Assembly (NCBI GenBank): GCA_964016885.1
Contig: OZ024740.1
Location: 205,034,001-205,098,000, forward strand
Reading direction: 5' to 3'
Length of the DNA stretch: 64,000 nt
DNA from: Eledone cirrhosa
Lineage: Eukaryota
How positions within the stretch are numbered: the stretch's first letter is position 1; each line of letters starts with the position of its first letter. A program made the position numbers and the translations under genes. Below, one piece after another: positions 28,901 through 41,921 of this stretch. The notes beneath the pieces were generated by a model. That model saw only the letters and a list, made by a program, of their open reading frames with translations. It did not search any database and had not been told where the DNA came from.

Positions 28901-31900
28901 CTTTCTCATCAACAACTGGTATTTGATCAGCACCTTTTGTGTTTAATAGTTCCAGAGTATTTTGGATACTAACATTTGGTTTCACAACCACAGGTGTATT
29001 TAGCTTTAATGAACTAGCAGGTAAGTTTGACCACCTGAAATATATTCACAGAGAAACAAGAACTAATAATGACCAATCTCAGTTGTTACAAAAGTCACAA
29101 TGAAAAAAAAAAACAAAACAAAAAAAAAAAACCGAACTTCATAATATCAAACATCATACAACTTCAAACACTATTAGACAATATAATATCAAACAACATC
29201 ATACAACCTGAAACACCATTAGACAATATATTATCAAATAACGTCATCCAACTTCAAACACCATTAGACAATATATTATCAAACATCATACAATCATTCA
29301 CAACCTTGATTGTCATAAACATACACACACTTTTAACCTTTTTGTTACTATATTTTCAAATAATTTTTATAACATTCTAGAATTTTGAGGAATTTAGTAA
29401 TATAAATAACTTTTTCACTACTTCTCTGGTGTATGGAACATAACTTAATATAGGTTCTTACATAAAACTATGATAGAAGGTTTTTAGACAAATATAAACA
29501 CTCTTAAGTCTTTCATTACCATATTTCTAATGAAATATAGTCCATTAATTTCAATTAATTTTGAAAATAATCAAGAATTTGAAAGGATTTAGTACTATTG
29601 CATAATTATCAAAACAATCAAGAATTATGAAAGGTTTAATGAAATAACTAATTTGCAATTTAACAATAAACGATAAATATTTGTTGTTCATAAACATTTT
29701 TTAATGAAAGACACTGCCCATGATTTTTAAATAATCAAAAATTTGGAGGGACTTAGTAATATAACTAACCTACTTGCTATTTAGATGGTGTCAGTGAAGC
29801 TAACAGCTAAGTATATACATATATATTAGGTCTGAACATGGTGTTTGGAACAAAACTTAAACAACACTTCTTACATTAAATTATGATGGAAGGCTTTTAG
29901 ATTAATATAAACTTTTTAAAACAAATCTTTATGTCATAGAAACAGGGACATTTCCAGGCAGTTTTGTATGGAAAGGACTAAGATCATGTTGTTAAGGTCT
30001 TTCAAGAAGTAACTATATTTTATAACCAACCATTCTTCATTAACTTCTTTTTGGTCATCCAATTTCAGAAAATTTCGTTGACTCATCCAATTGTCACTGA
30101 GAAATTTGGTCCTACAGAAGAAAGAGAGCAAAATTGGTCATCAAAATCATCACCAAAACCACTATCACCCCCACCCTCATCATTTAACGTCGACTTCCTC
30201 CTCTGCTAGAAAGGGCTGGATGGGTCAGCACAGATGAAATCAGTTATTAATTGGAGCTACTGACCTCTCAGATGGGCCAAGCACTACATCTTGCTTACAT
30301 ATGTACTTGCAGTCTATTGCAAGTGCTAGGTGCATTTTATTGTGGCACCAGCACTGTGGATGCTGTCTTTGATGTGTTTTTGATACAAACAAAGAATCCT
30401 CCCAATCCTTTGTTTGGCAGGATTTTTTTATGGCTAGATGTCTTTCCTACCATCAACCCCTTTACAGAGTGTACTGGGTGTATTTATCATGTTGATTACC
30501 AACACTAGAGAAGCCATCATGTCCTTGACACAAGACTCCTCTCAACTCTTTCCTTTGTAAGTAACAAAATACAGAAATTGCTTCATTAAAATACCCAAGA
30601 AACCTTCCTTAAGATTCAACTTCAGAGGAGACTAGTTAAACCTACACAAAGTATTCAATTTAAGAATAGATTAATGTAATACTTACATATAATTTCGGAT
30701 AGAATCTGGCAAGATTACAACACAGCGTTGCCCTTCTTTCAGTCCAGCGTCTTTGACTGCTTTTATTGCTGCACACATAGCAGTCCCTGAACTACCACCT
30801 AATGAGGTTATAGAGAGATAGGTAGAGTTAAAAATAATAATAATAATATTGAAAATTATTGGTTACAATGCTCAGGTGCATTATGACCCATCAAATATGC
30901 ATGTATAGTACATAGAATAATGTACCAAAGTCAGGAAAAGGAACAGTGTATGAGTCATGATATACACACAGACACACATGCATGTGTTTGTATCATGAGA
31001 GAGAGAGGGAGGGAAGACAAAAAAAAAAAGCATTTTAAAACCATTTTCACTATTAAAGTAGGGGTTAGCTTCTGCATTTTGCCCTATCCCTGGCATCCCC
31101 TCTTACTAACCCCCCATGGCTTTCATTTCCTCCTACATCACCTTGTCTTTCTTGGTTTGTTCCTTCCTATACTTCCTTCCAAATTCATTTCCATCGTTTT
31201 TCTCATCCAGTCCCTTCCTCATTCCATTTCTCTTCACAACATTCAACACTCTCTATTCCCATAATCCTCAGAAATTCATTGTTTGTCTTCCTCTCTCTGA
31301 GTGATATTCCATTCACCCGCCAAGTCATTTTTATTTCCATTTCTTCCAGCTGTCTCTGCTGCTCTACATTTATCATGCATGTCTGACTTCCATAAATCAT
31401 GGCACTTCCGAAACATACAGTCACCTACACATTAATTTCATGAGCAGGTCACTCCATTGATCGAACAATTGAACACTCATTCAACTTCATTTAGTAGAGG
31501 AAGTGAATAGGAATAGGGAGAGAATATATATAAATATATATATATATATAATACAATATATAGAGGGGAAAGACACAGAAGAGTGTATTTGCTGTTGAGC
31601 ACCATAAATTGAATAGTATAGGCTGCCATCTCTAGCAGCTTGTTCTGTTCATGCCACCAGTTACTGCCTTGCGCACGTATTTCCCTTATATTTACACGTG
31701 CTACAGGTGGTTTACTATAGTTCTCTCTCTCTCTAGTAGTGCGGACTATATCGGTCTCTCCACATGCTGATGACCCACAGGGCCGAATTGGAACCCACTT
31801 AAATGGCGAAACAATCTCCTGGTGAGTTTGTACATGTGTGATCTAGGTATGAGGTTGGTTTCTCATTTTAATTTATACTTTTAATTTTAATGTTTTTCCT

Positions 31901-34900
31901 TTGCCTCTATTAGCTTATATTCTCTTCACGCTGGTGGTTTGAAATTCCTGTAAAGGAAACAACACTCTTCTGTGTCTTTCCCCTCTATATATTGTATTTT
32001 AAAGTGCCCAGGAAAACTCTTTCCTTTGAGCGCGTTTAATTACAGGATTATACGCGAGTCCTTTGCTCCGTTATTTTACTATATATATATATATATCAGC
32101 CTGCCCGCCCAGCCAGTGGGATGGCGTCATCGTATGGCTAAAACAGCACGTGCTGTGACCAGCGGCGCCAAATATATATATCAAAATAAAGATCCGAAGG
32201 CATGGTATAAATTTCCAATCATTTTAATCATGACACATGTTTCAATAAGGGATAGATCGATCGTGTAGCCATGATCGATTATCACTGATCTCGTCAGGTG
32301 AAAATGAATTGTCTTCAAATCCTTGATATGAGGGAGAAAATTAACAATGTTAGACAGCTTAGATTGTTTGTGCACTTACATACGGTACTCGGCCTGTTTC
32401 CACAGAGTTCTCACAGCTGAGTGTACATTAGAATACCTAGTAAGTAAATAGTTAGAATGATTACACACTCAGGTAAGACCGATTATGCACATTCGCCATT
32501 ACTTTAGGATACCCTAACCATTGAGTTCTCTCGGTTAGGATATAGCTAGACGTATTACACACTCAGTTAAGACCGATTATGCTCTCTATACAAGACTCTA
32601 CACACAGTACCCGGTTTCTTTAGACACTGAGTTCTCACAGTCATGACTGGTCACGTTCCTATCGATTGAACACTACACTAGGTTTCGATCCGGGATCATC
32701 TAACCATGGAGTGCTCACGGTTACAGATTGGACAATAATACTTACACATCATTAATGGGCCTACACACATCCTCTGGGTTTTGCTATTCTTTGTTATTTT
32801 ATTTTACTTTTTGTGTTGGATAACACACCTCCACCACTCAAACACCTATCTTAAAAGCCCAAGGGCCCATATGACGGGAAATCGCACTTACTGACACCTC
32901 AACCCAAATACCCAACCCTACACAGAGCCCCTTGGTGGCCTACATAGCGGTTGCTTGCACGCACAGATTTGGGGACTCAGATTCTCAATGGGACAACAGC
33001 ACATACTGAGTTTGATATGAGCTGACTACTTACTCTTCACATGGATGTGTATATACCTAAACATACACTTTTTTGGATGATACGGATGTGTATATACCAT
33101 AACATACACTATTTGGAGATACAGATGTTACAATTCAATCTATACACGTATAGCAGAACATTGAACTTAACTTACTTGCGTGTGTATAGGGTTGTGGTTG
33201 ACCCAATTTTTTCCAATTTACATTGTCAAATTGAGATTTGCCCAATATAACATTTGTTGTTTTGTTAACTAACTTTCGGCGAATACTATGTTGGTATATT
33301 TATATTTTTTCTTTGACCTCGCGTCGGTGTGTGTGAGTGTGTGTGTACTCACTCACACTAACTGTGACTGTCTATAGTTCTACAGATTTGATGCTATGTT
33401 GGTATATGTATATATATTTTCTTTAACCTCGCGCCAGTGTGTGTACCCAGTCACATTAACTGTGACCGACTGTAATTCTACAGATTTGATTGATGTCCAG
33501 CGTCTTTTACAGCAATTGGGAGATAGAGACTTGATAGTTTTATGACCCTAACTGAGGACGATAGCAGTCGCTGTGTTTTGACTGCTTGATCTTCATATGA
33601 GGGACTAAACTCTGTGAGTGAACATTCTTAATTTTCTCCCTCATATCAAGAATTTGAAGACAATTCATTTTCACCTGATGAGATCAGTGATAATCGATCA
33701 TGGCTACACGATCGATCTATCCCTTATTGAAACATGTGTCGTGATTAAAATGATTGGAAATTTACACCATGCCTTCGGATCTTTATTTTGATACAAATAC
33801 TCCGTTTTACATCATCTAGCTGTTCCCATAAAAGGAATTAGAGATATACAAAAGCGTGGAGAACTTAATATTGCTAACAAAAATTTATTGGACCGTTTGA
33901 CACAACCAATAATACACCTTACTATATAACAACTATATATATATATATATATATAATATATTATATGTATATATATATAATATATTATATATATATAATT
34001 GTTTCTACTTTTAGCACAAGGCCAGCAATTACCCAGTGTATTACTGGTACTTCATTTTATCGACCCCATAAGGATGAAAGGTAAAGTTAACCTCGGCAGG
34101 ATTTGAACTGAGAATGGAAAGGGACGTAACTCTTTGTGTCAAAGCATGGCGTCCGACCCTATACCGATACTGCCAATTCACCGCCAACCAGTAATGCACT
34201 GGATAATTGCTGGCCTTGTGCCTAACGTAGAAACAATTATTATAATAATATTGTATATATATATATATATAATATATTGTATATATATATATATAATATA
34301 TATATAAATGAGGAGAATAAATGGGAGAAAGACAGTCTCACCCACATCGACCCAATAGAGGGACCAGCAGTGTTAGTCGAAGGTAGCATAATAAGTAAGG
34401 CAATCAAAGATATGAAGACGGGTAAGGCGGCTGGGCCTTCGGAAATAGTGGCTGAGATGCTGAAAGCCTCTGGAACGGTGGGACACACCATGGTCACCCG
34501 GATAGTAAACCAAGTCATACAGAATGGGGTTGTTCCGAAGGACTGGCGTAGCATCATCATCATTAACTGTTACAAGGGTAAAAAAGATGCCCTAGATAGG
34601 AGTAACTATAGAGGCATTAATTAATCGACCAGGTCATGAAGGTCACGGAAAAAGTAATAGCGCAACTAATCAGTGAGAGAATTGATCTAGATGAAATGCA
34701 GTTCGGGTTTGTGTCAGGCAAAAGTACCACAGACGCTCTTTTCATTGAACGACAACTACAGGAGAAGTACCTAGCTAAAAGTAAACCCCTATACTTAGCT
34801 TTTGTCGACTTGGAGAAAGCCATCGACAGAGTCCCCCGTTCCATTATCTGGTGGGCACTTAGAAAACTAGGTGTTGACGAATGGCTTGTGAGAGCTATAC

Positions 34901-37900
34901 AAGCCATGTATAAAGAAACAGTCAGCAAGGTTAGAATTAACAACGAATATAGTGAAGAGTTTAGTGTAAAAGTTGGTGTTCATCAGGGCTCTGTTCTTAG
35001 CCCCCTACTATTTATTATTGCCCTTCAGGCTATAACAGTGGAGTTCAAGACCGGCTGCCCATGGGAACTCCTATACGCAGATGATCTAACGCTCATAGCT
35101 GAATCAATGGCCGAGCTAGAGAAGAAATTCCAAACATGGAAGCACGGCCTAGAATCAAAAGGCCTTAAAATTAACCTGGCTAAGACTAAAGTTCTAGTTT
35201 GTAGGAAAGAAAATAAGGCGCCGGTCCCTTCCGGGTAATGGCCATGCTCAGTGTATAGGAAAGGCGTAGGTAGAAACTCCATTTTATGTCCCAAATGCAA
35301 AGTATGGGTGCATAAAAGATGTAGTGGGATCACAGGTAAGCTAACTAAGAACATAGATTTTACATGTGGCCGGTGCTCTGGTGCAATAAGTAGCAGCAAG
35401 TGCCCACAAAATACTAGCTCTTTCAATTGCACAGAGGGTTCCATAGAAATATTGGACAGCTTCCGTTACCTGGGTGACAAAATCAGCAGTGGGGGAGGGT
35501 GTTCTGAAAGTACAGTAGCTAGAGTCAGAACTGGATGGAAAAAGTTCAGAGAGCTTATACCACTATTAGCCGCTAAAGGGTCCTCCCTAAAAATGAAAGG
35601 CAGGTTGTATGATGCCTGCATACGAACAGCAATGTTGCATGGCAGTGAGACCTGGGCATTGTGTGCAGAGGATATATGCAGACTAGAGAGGAACGAAGCT
35701 TGCATGCTCCGCTGGATGTGTAATAGTAATATACGTGAACGGCAAAGCATAAACGAACTAAGGAAAAAATTAGAAATAAGAGGGATCAGATGTTGTTTAC
35801 TCGAGAGAAGGCTACGTTGGTATGGTCACGTGATGCGCATGAAAGACGACAGCTGTATAACAAAGTGCAGGGCAATAAACATAGACGGTAGCCACAGAGT
35901 AGGCAGACCCAGAAAAACCTGGGACGACCTGATAAATTCCGACCTCACACACTTACACCTCTCCAAGACAATGTCACTGGACCGAGATCTTTGGCGGTAC
36001 TCAGTAATAGAGAAGACCCGCCTTACCTAAATACAAAGTAAAACCTACTACAGTCAGTAGGCATCTCTAACAAAATACACCCCCGTCCCACCACCCCATC
36101 CACACCGCCCCCTTCAATGCAAAGTTATGTTGGTGCCACAACATCCAGGCCGAAACAAACGAGATCGTGTAGGTGTCACGACAAAAAACACACAGTCCAC
36201 GCTGTAATGTGGCCGTGTAGGCAACACGGTAAAAACCTCCCAGCCCCCACACTGTAAATGTGGTTGGTGTTAGGAAGGGCATCCAGCTGTAGAAAACCCG
36301 CCAGACAGTCCTATGCGAGCAAGACAACCAGTCTTGCCTCAAGTGGGAAAACCCCCGTCCAAACCCATGCAAGCGTGGAACAGGGACGTTAAACGATGAT
36401 GATGATGATGATGAGCTAAATATTATATATATATATAAATTATATATATATATATATATATAAATATTATATATATATATTATATATATATAAATATTAT
36501 ATATATATATTATATATATATAAATATTATATATATATATATATATTATATATATATATAAATATTATATATATATATATTATATAAAGAAACAGTCAGC
36601 AAGGTTAGAATTAACAACGAATATAGTGAAGAGTTTAGTGTAAAAGTTGGTGTTCATCAGGGCTCTGTTCTTAGCCCCCTACTATTTATTATTGCCCTCC
36701 AGGCTATAACAGTGGAGTTCAAGACCGGCTGCCCATGGGAACTCCTATACGCAGATGATCTAACGCTCATAGCTGAATCAATGGCCGAGCTAGAGAAGAA
36801 ATTCCAAACATGGAAGCACGGCCTAGAATCAAAAAGCCTTAAAATTAACCTGGCTAAGACTAAAGTTCTAGTTTGTAAGAAAGAAAATAAGGCGGCGGTC
36901 CCCTCTGGGAAGTGGCCATGCGCAGAGTGTAGGAAAGGCGTAGGTAGAAATTCCATTTTGTGTTCCAAATGCAAAGTTTGGGTGCATAAAAGATGTAGTG
37001 GGATCACAGGTAAGCTAACTAAGAACATAGATTTTACATGTGGCCGGTGTTCTGGGGCAATAAGTAGCAGCAAGTGCCCACAAAATACTAGCTCTTTCAA
37101 CTGCGCAGAGGGTTCTATAGAAATAGTGGACAGCTTCCGTTACCTGGGTGACAAAATCAGCAGTGGGGGAGGGTGTTCTGAAAGTACAGTAGCTAGAGTC
37201 AGAACTGGGTGGAAAAAATTCAGAGAGCTTATACCACTATTAGCCGCTAAAGGGTTCTCCCTAAAAATGAAAGGCAGGTTGTATGATGCCTGCATACGAA
37301 CAGCAATGTTGCATGGCAGTGAGACCTGGGCATTGTGTGCAGAGGATATACGCAGACTAGAGAGAAACGAAGCTTGCATGCTCCGCTGGATGTGTAATAG
37401 TAATATACGTGAACGACAAAGCATAAACGAACTAAGGAAAAAATTAGAAATAAGAGGGATCAGATGTTGTTTACTAGAGAGAAGGCTACGTTGGTATGGT
37501 CACGTGATGCGCATGAAGGACGATAGCTGTATAACAAAGTGCAGGGCAATAAAGATAGACGGTAGCCACGGAATAGGCAGACCCAGAAAAACCTGGGATG
37601 AGCTGATAAACTCCGACCTCACACACTTACACCTCACCAAGACAATATCACTGGACCGAGACCTTTGGCGGTACTCAGTAATAGAGAAGACCCGCCTTAC
37701 CTAAATACAAAGTAAAACCTACTACAGTCAGTAGGCATCACTAACAAAATACACCCCCGTCCCACCACCCCCACCCCATCCACACCGCCCCCTTCTATGT
37801 AAAGTTATGTTGGTGCCACACCATCCAGGCCGAAACAAATGAGATCGTGTAGGTGTCACGACAAAAAACACACAGTCCACGCTGTAATGTGGCAGTGTAG

Positions 37901-40210
37901 GCAACACGGTAAAAACCTCCCAGACCCACACTGTAAATGTGGTTGGTGTTAGGAAGGGCATCCAACTGTAGAAAACCTGCCAGACAGTCCTATGCGAGCA
38001 AGACAATCACTCTTGCCTCAAGTGGGAAAACCCCCGTCCAAACCCATGCAAGCGTGGAACACGGACGTTAAACGTTGATGATGATGATGATGATGATATA
38101 TATAAATATTATATATATATATATATAAATATTATATATACATATATTACTAGACATGAAAAATGCGCAAGCTCAAAAGTGCCACAGAATGTTATAATAA
38201 ACCTTCAAAAGTGTGGGACTAGAGTTGTTGCTAAAAAATATTGTAATCATTATATATCGTACATTCTGTGGCATCCTTTATAAAAATAGCTTAAACCAAC
38301 GAAGCCTTTATTTTTACGCTATTTCACTTAGTTAATTCTTAGAGTGTAACATATAAAAATATGATTTACAACTATAAAATAAATTAATTAATATAATAAC
38401 AGAGCTGCGGAGCTGAAATTTAGGAAATAATGGAGTATCGGATCCTGAGTTGGAGCCAGTCAATTTTTGGCCGACTCCGCAGCCCTGTATAATACATTTC
38501 ATATTAAAGTTATTAATAAACCTATTTTACACTTCATGCAAATTACCACGAGATATTGATATTAGATATAAGATACAGCGCAATATCTACAGCTGTAAAA
38601 GTACGAAAGCGAAGTAATAATAAGTGGCTTAAGGTAATTCCAATATGAAAGTTTGTAGTGATAAAAATTTGATAATGCAATACGATTGTTAATATTATAG
38701 TTCTATGAAAATGTAACAATAGATAACTAAATTATTTTACTATTAGTATATTTAAGAAATTATCATTATAGATGTGATCGTTCATATAAGCATCATATTA
38801 AGTTTCAACACAATTATTTTGTTACTATGAGTATATGATAATAATATTACGTAATTATTTATAGCTGTTATTACATTAAACATAGATGTATTTATTTTTA
38901 TATGTTACACTCTAAGAATTAACTAAGTGAAATAGCGTAAAAATAAAGGCTTCGTTGGTTTAAGCTATTTTTATAAAGGATGCCACAGAATGTACGATAT
39001 ATAATGATTACAATATTTTTTAGCAACAACTCTAGTCCCATTAGGTTTATTATAACATTCTGTGGCACTTTTGAGCTTGCGCATTTTTCATGTCTAGTTT
39101 AATATTTTTTTAAGGCAACGCTTGTAATAACTCTAGTTAAACAGGATATATATTAATAATAAATTATCGTTGTAATGTAATTAGATTATGTAATTGTTAT
39201 TATAAATTATCTTATAAATATTAGTGTAAGATGTATAAAAATATTTTCAGACTTTTAATATAAACAACTACAAAAAACAATCAATATTAAATCAATATAT
39301 TATACATAATAGAAAACATAAAATATACAATACAAAAACAAAATATTTACATACAATTGCAATTATCAGTGTATATACATTTTCTTTATATTCCCTGAGC
39401 AAATTAATAAGATTTGTTTTTATTGTACATAATTTGATGACTTGTTGGAGTGTATTAAAAGATAGCAACAATTTGTGATTAAATTGTTATCTTAAGCAAC
39501 TCACTTTTTAATAGTTGTTGGCTGAGCGAAATTGTAAAAGCCTATGAGCAAATATAAAAAAAAATACACAAACAACATTTCCTTGTGTTATTACAACATT
39601 AGATAAAATAATTGAGCAATGTCGTTATATTTTGCTCTTATTGCACATTAATAGTGTTTCTATTTTTCGGCACAAATCCATTACGGCAGTCCATTACTGG
39701 TACTTTATTTTATCGAATTAGTAAGTATGAAAGTCGAAGTTAACCTCGGCAGGATTTGAACTTAGAATGCAAAGGACCATAACAATACTGCAAAGCATGG
39801 TGTCTGACGCTCTACCAATACTTGTGTTGAGCTGGTCATTAATTTATGGTGGTCGTGCGTGGAGTAGAGCAATCGCTAGTTGAAATATTATGAACAAAAC
39901 ATTTTTATTTGCCGAAGAACATATTTTCAATACTGTTTGTGAATGTGACGAAGGAAATACATTCTGATATGGAACAGTGTACAAAGTGTGTCTGTGAATA
40001 ACATAATGTTACCTCATGTTGTTGTCAAGACAATGGATTTCGTATATCCAGTTAGAAGATGAAACCTAGCCATCTCGGATTAGTTATATTTCATGCCATG
40101 TGTAAACGTGTTTGAGGATAGCAAAATATGCGCGTTAATTATAATAATTAGTTAATAATATTACAAAATATACCTAATTAAACTCTTTGCTTGAAATTTT
40201 ATCATTCTTC

Positions 40211-40263
<53 letters not shown>

Positions 40264-41850
40264 TTTATCTAGTCCTTCGCTCAAGATTAATCTATAAGTT
40301 TAGATGTTTGCCTTCGTTTAAGTAAATATTACAGTAAGATTTTTAATATAAACAACTACAAAAAACAATTAATATTAAAACGAAAAAATTATCAATGATA
40401 AAAGAAGCGGATGCAACTTTTTTTTTTATAAAGTTATATTCCTGTTTCTTTAAAGAACATTTCATTTTTGTTCTATTGTAGGCGAAATAATGCAATGGTT
40501 TAATAGGGAAGATATAACTTACGAATTATGTCTCTAACCGTGTAACGCTTTTTAAGTAGATAACTACAATTGAAAATACTAAAGAAATGGAACCAACAAT
40601 TCAATTTGAAAGTCGTCTAGTGACAGTGTATTACTGGTACTTTATTTTATCGACCCCGTAACGATGAAAGGCAAAAATGCAAATGCTTAAAATTTAAATT
40701 GCCTTAATTCTATCGTCTGCTGTTTCATTAAAGGGAGATTCTCGTCTGTATTTAATTCTATCGTCTACTGTTCCACTAAACAGATATACCTCCACTATCG
40801 TCTCTATTTATACATTTTAACTTATAACTTATACACATTTGATTTGAAATATTTTATCTAGTCCCCCCTCTCAATATTATGATGATTTCTTTCGAATGAA
40901 ACAGTTCTAGTCCTGTAGAAGCCATTTATATATATATAATTGAACTGAGTTAAAAATTCACAATATTTATAATTAAATAAGCTCATATATATATGTGTGT
41001 ATTTATCTGTTTATTGTATTATATATAATGTGTGTATATACAGGATGTCCCCCAAAAATATATACACACTTCAACAGCATTCTAATAACTATTGCCTGTA
41101 CAGGTAATCAAAGTGTCAATCGAATGTTAGTTTCGTGTTTTAACAGTACAAATTTACAATACACACATAAAACCAGTGTATATACATACATGAGTGTGTA
41201 TACACATACATGAATGTGTATATACAATATATATGTATATATATATAGACACATATATTCACGGTGCAACGGTACATTAAAATATAGATGCGGGAGAGGG
41301 GGGTGTATATATAGGGGCGCTGGGGATAAAGGAGTGTAAAGCGTGTGTAATTGATATATTGAAGGAGAGGAGCGTGCAGCGATAGAGTAACAAATATATA
41401 GAGAGGGGGAGAGATGGTATTGAAGGGGAGGAGTGCAAAGCGAAAGAGTAAGAGATATATATAGAGACGGAACAGATAGAGAGAAACAGGCGTAAGTAAC
41501 AGTGGAAGAGATATAGAGAGAGGTACTCTGATTGGTTGAAAATTAGCCAATGACATACGATCACCACCACCACGGCTATCCCCGAAAAATTTTTAAAGAA
41601 GCTAGGCATATATGTTAGAACACGAAAAGTGAACATTCTGTTGTTTCACACTTTTCGTGTTCTAACAGATATATATATATATATAGTAATAATAATAAAA
41701 TTGAAGACTAAAATCCAAAGACGGCTCGATAAGGAAAATATATATCAAATATATAAGAACCGTAGAGCAAATATTTATAAAAATATTTCAGAAGATCCCG
41801 TTAAGGGTGAAAGCAGCGATTCTTTGCTTAAACTTTAATCTGTTATTTTA

Positions 41851-41921
<71 letters not shown>

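Larger units (their letters stand above)
32179..33793. mobile_element. Non-coding 1.6-kb element with ~173-bp inverted terminal arms that each carry a hammerhead (Penelope-like/retrozyme-like)
   Basis: 32179-32351 is the reverse complement of 33621-33793 (about 5 mismatches by eye). No recognisable coding remnant inside; internal imperfect tandem repeats. Confidence 0.7.

Noticed and set aside
32097-32170. Short GC-rich segment with palindrome acagcacgtgctgt, considered as an HDV-like ribozyme
   Set aside because: Could not build the nested double pseudoknot; likely a repeat fragment.
32179-33793. Reading this as a Tc1/mariner-type MITE with TA TSD
   Set aside because: Not fully excluded, but the TA flanks are uninformative in TA-rich DNA, and complete hammerheads in the arms fit a Penelope-like origin better.
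41230-41667. Helitron-like segment ending in CTAG, plus a 19-bp TGT...ACA hairpin
   Set aside because: Probably transposon remnants, but the diagnostic ends and TSD are too weak to classify.
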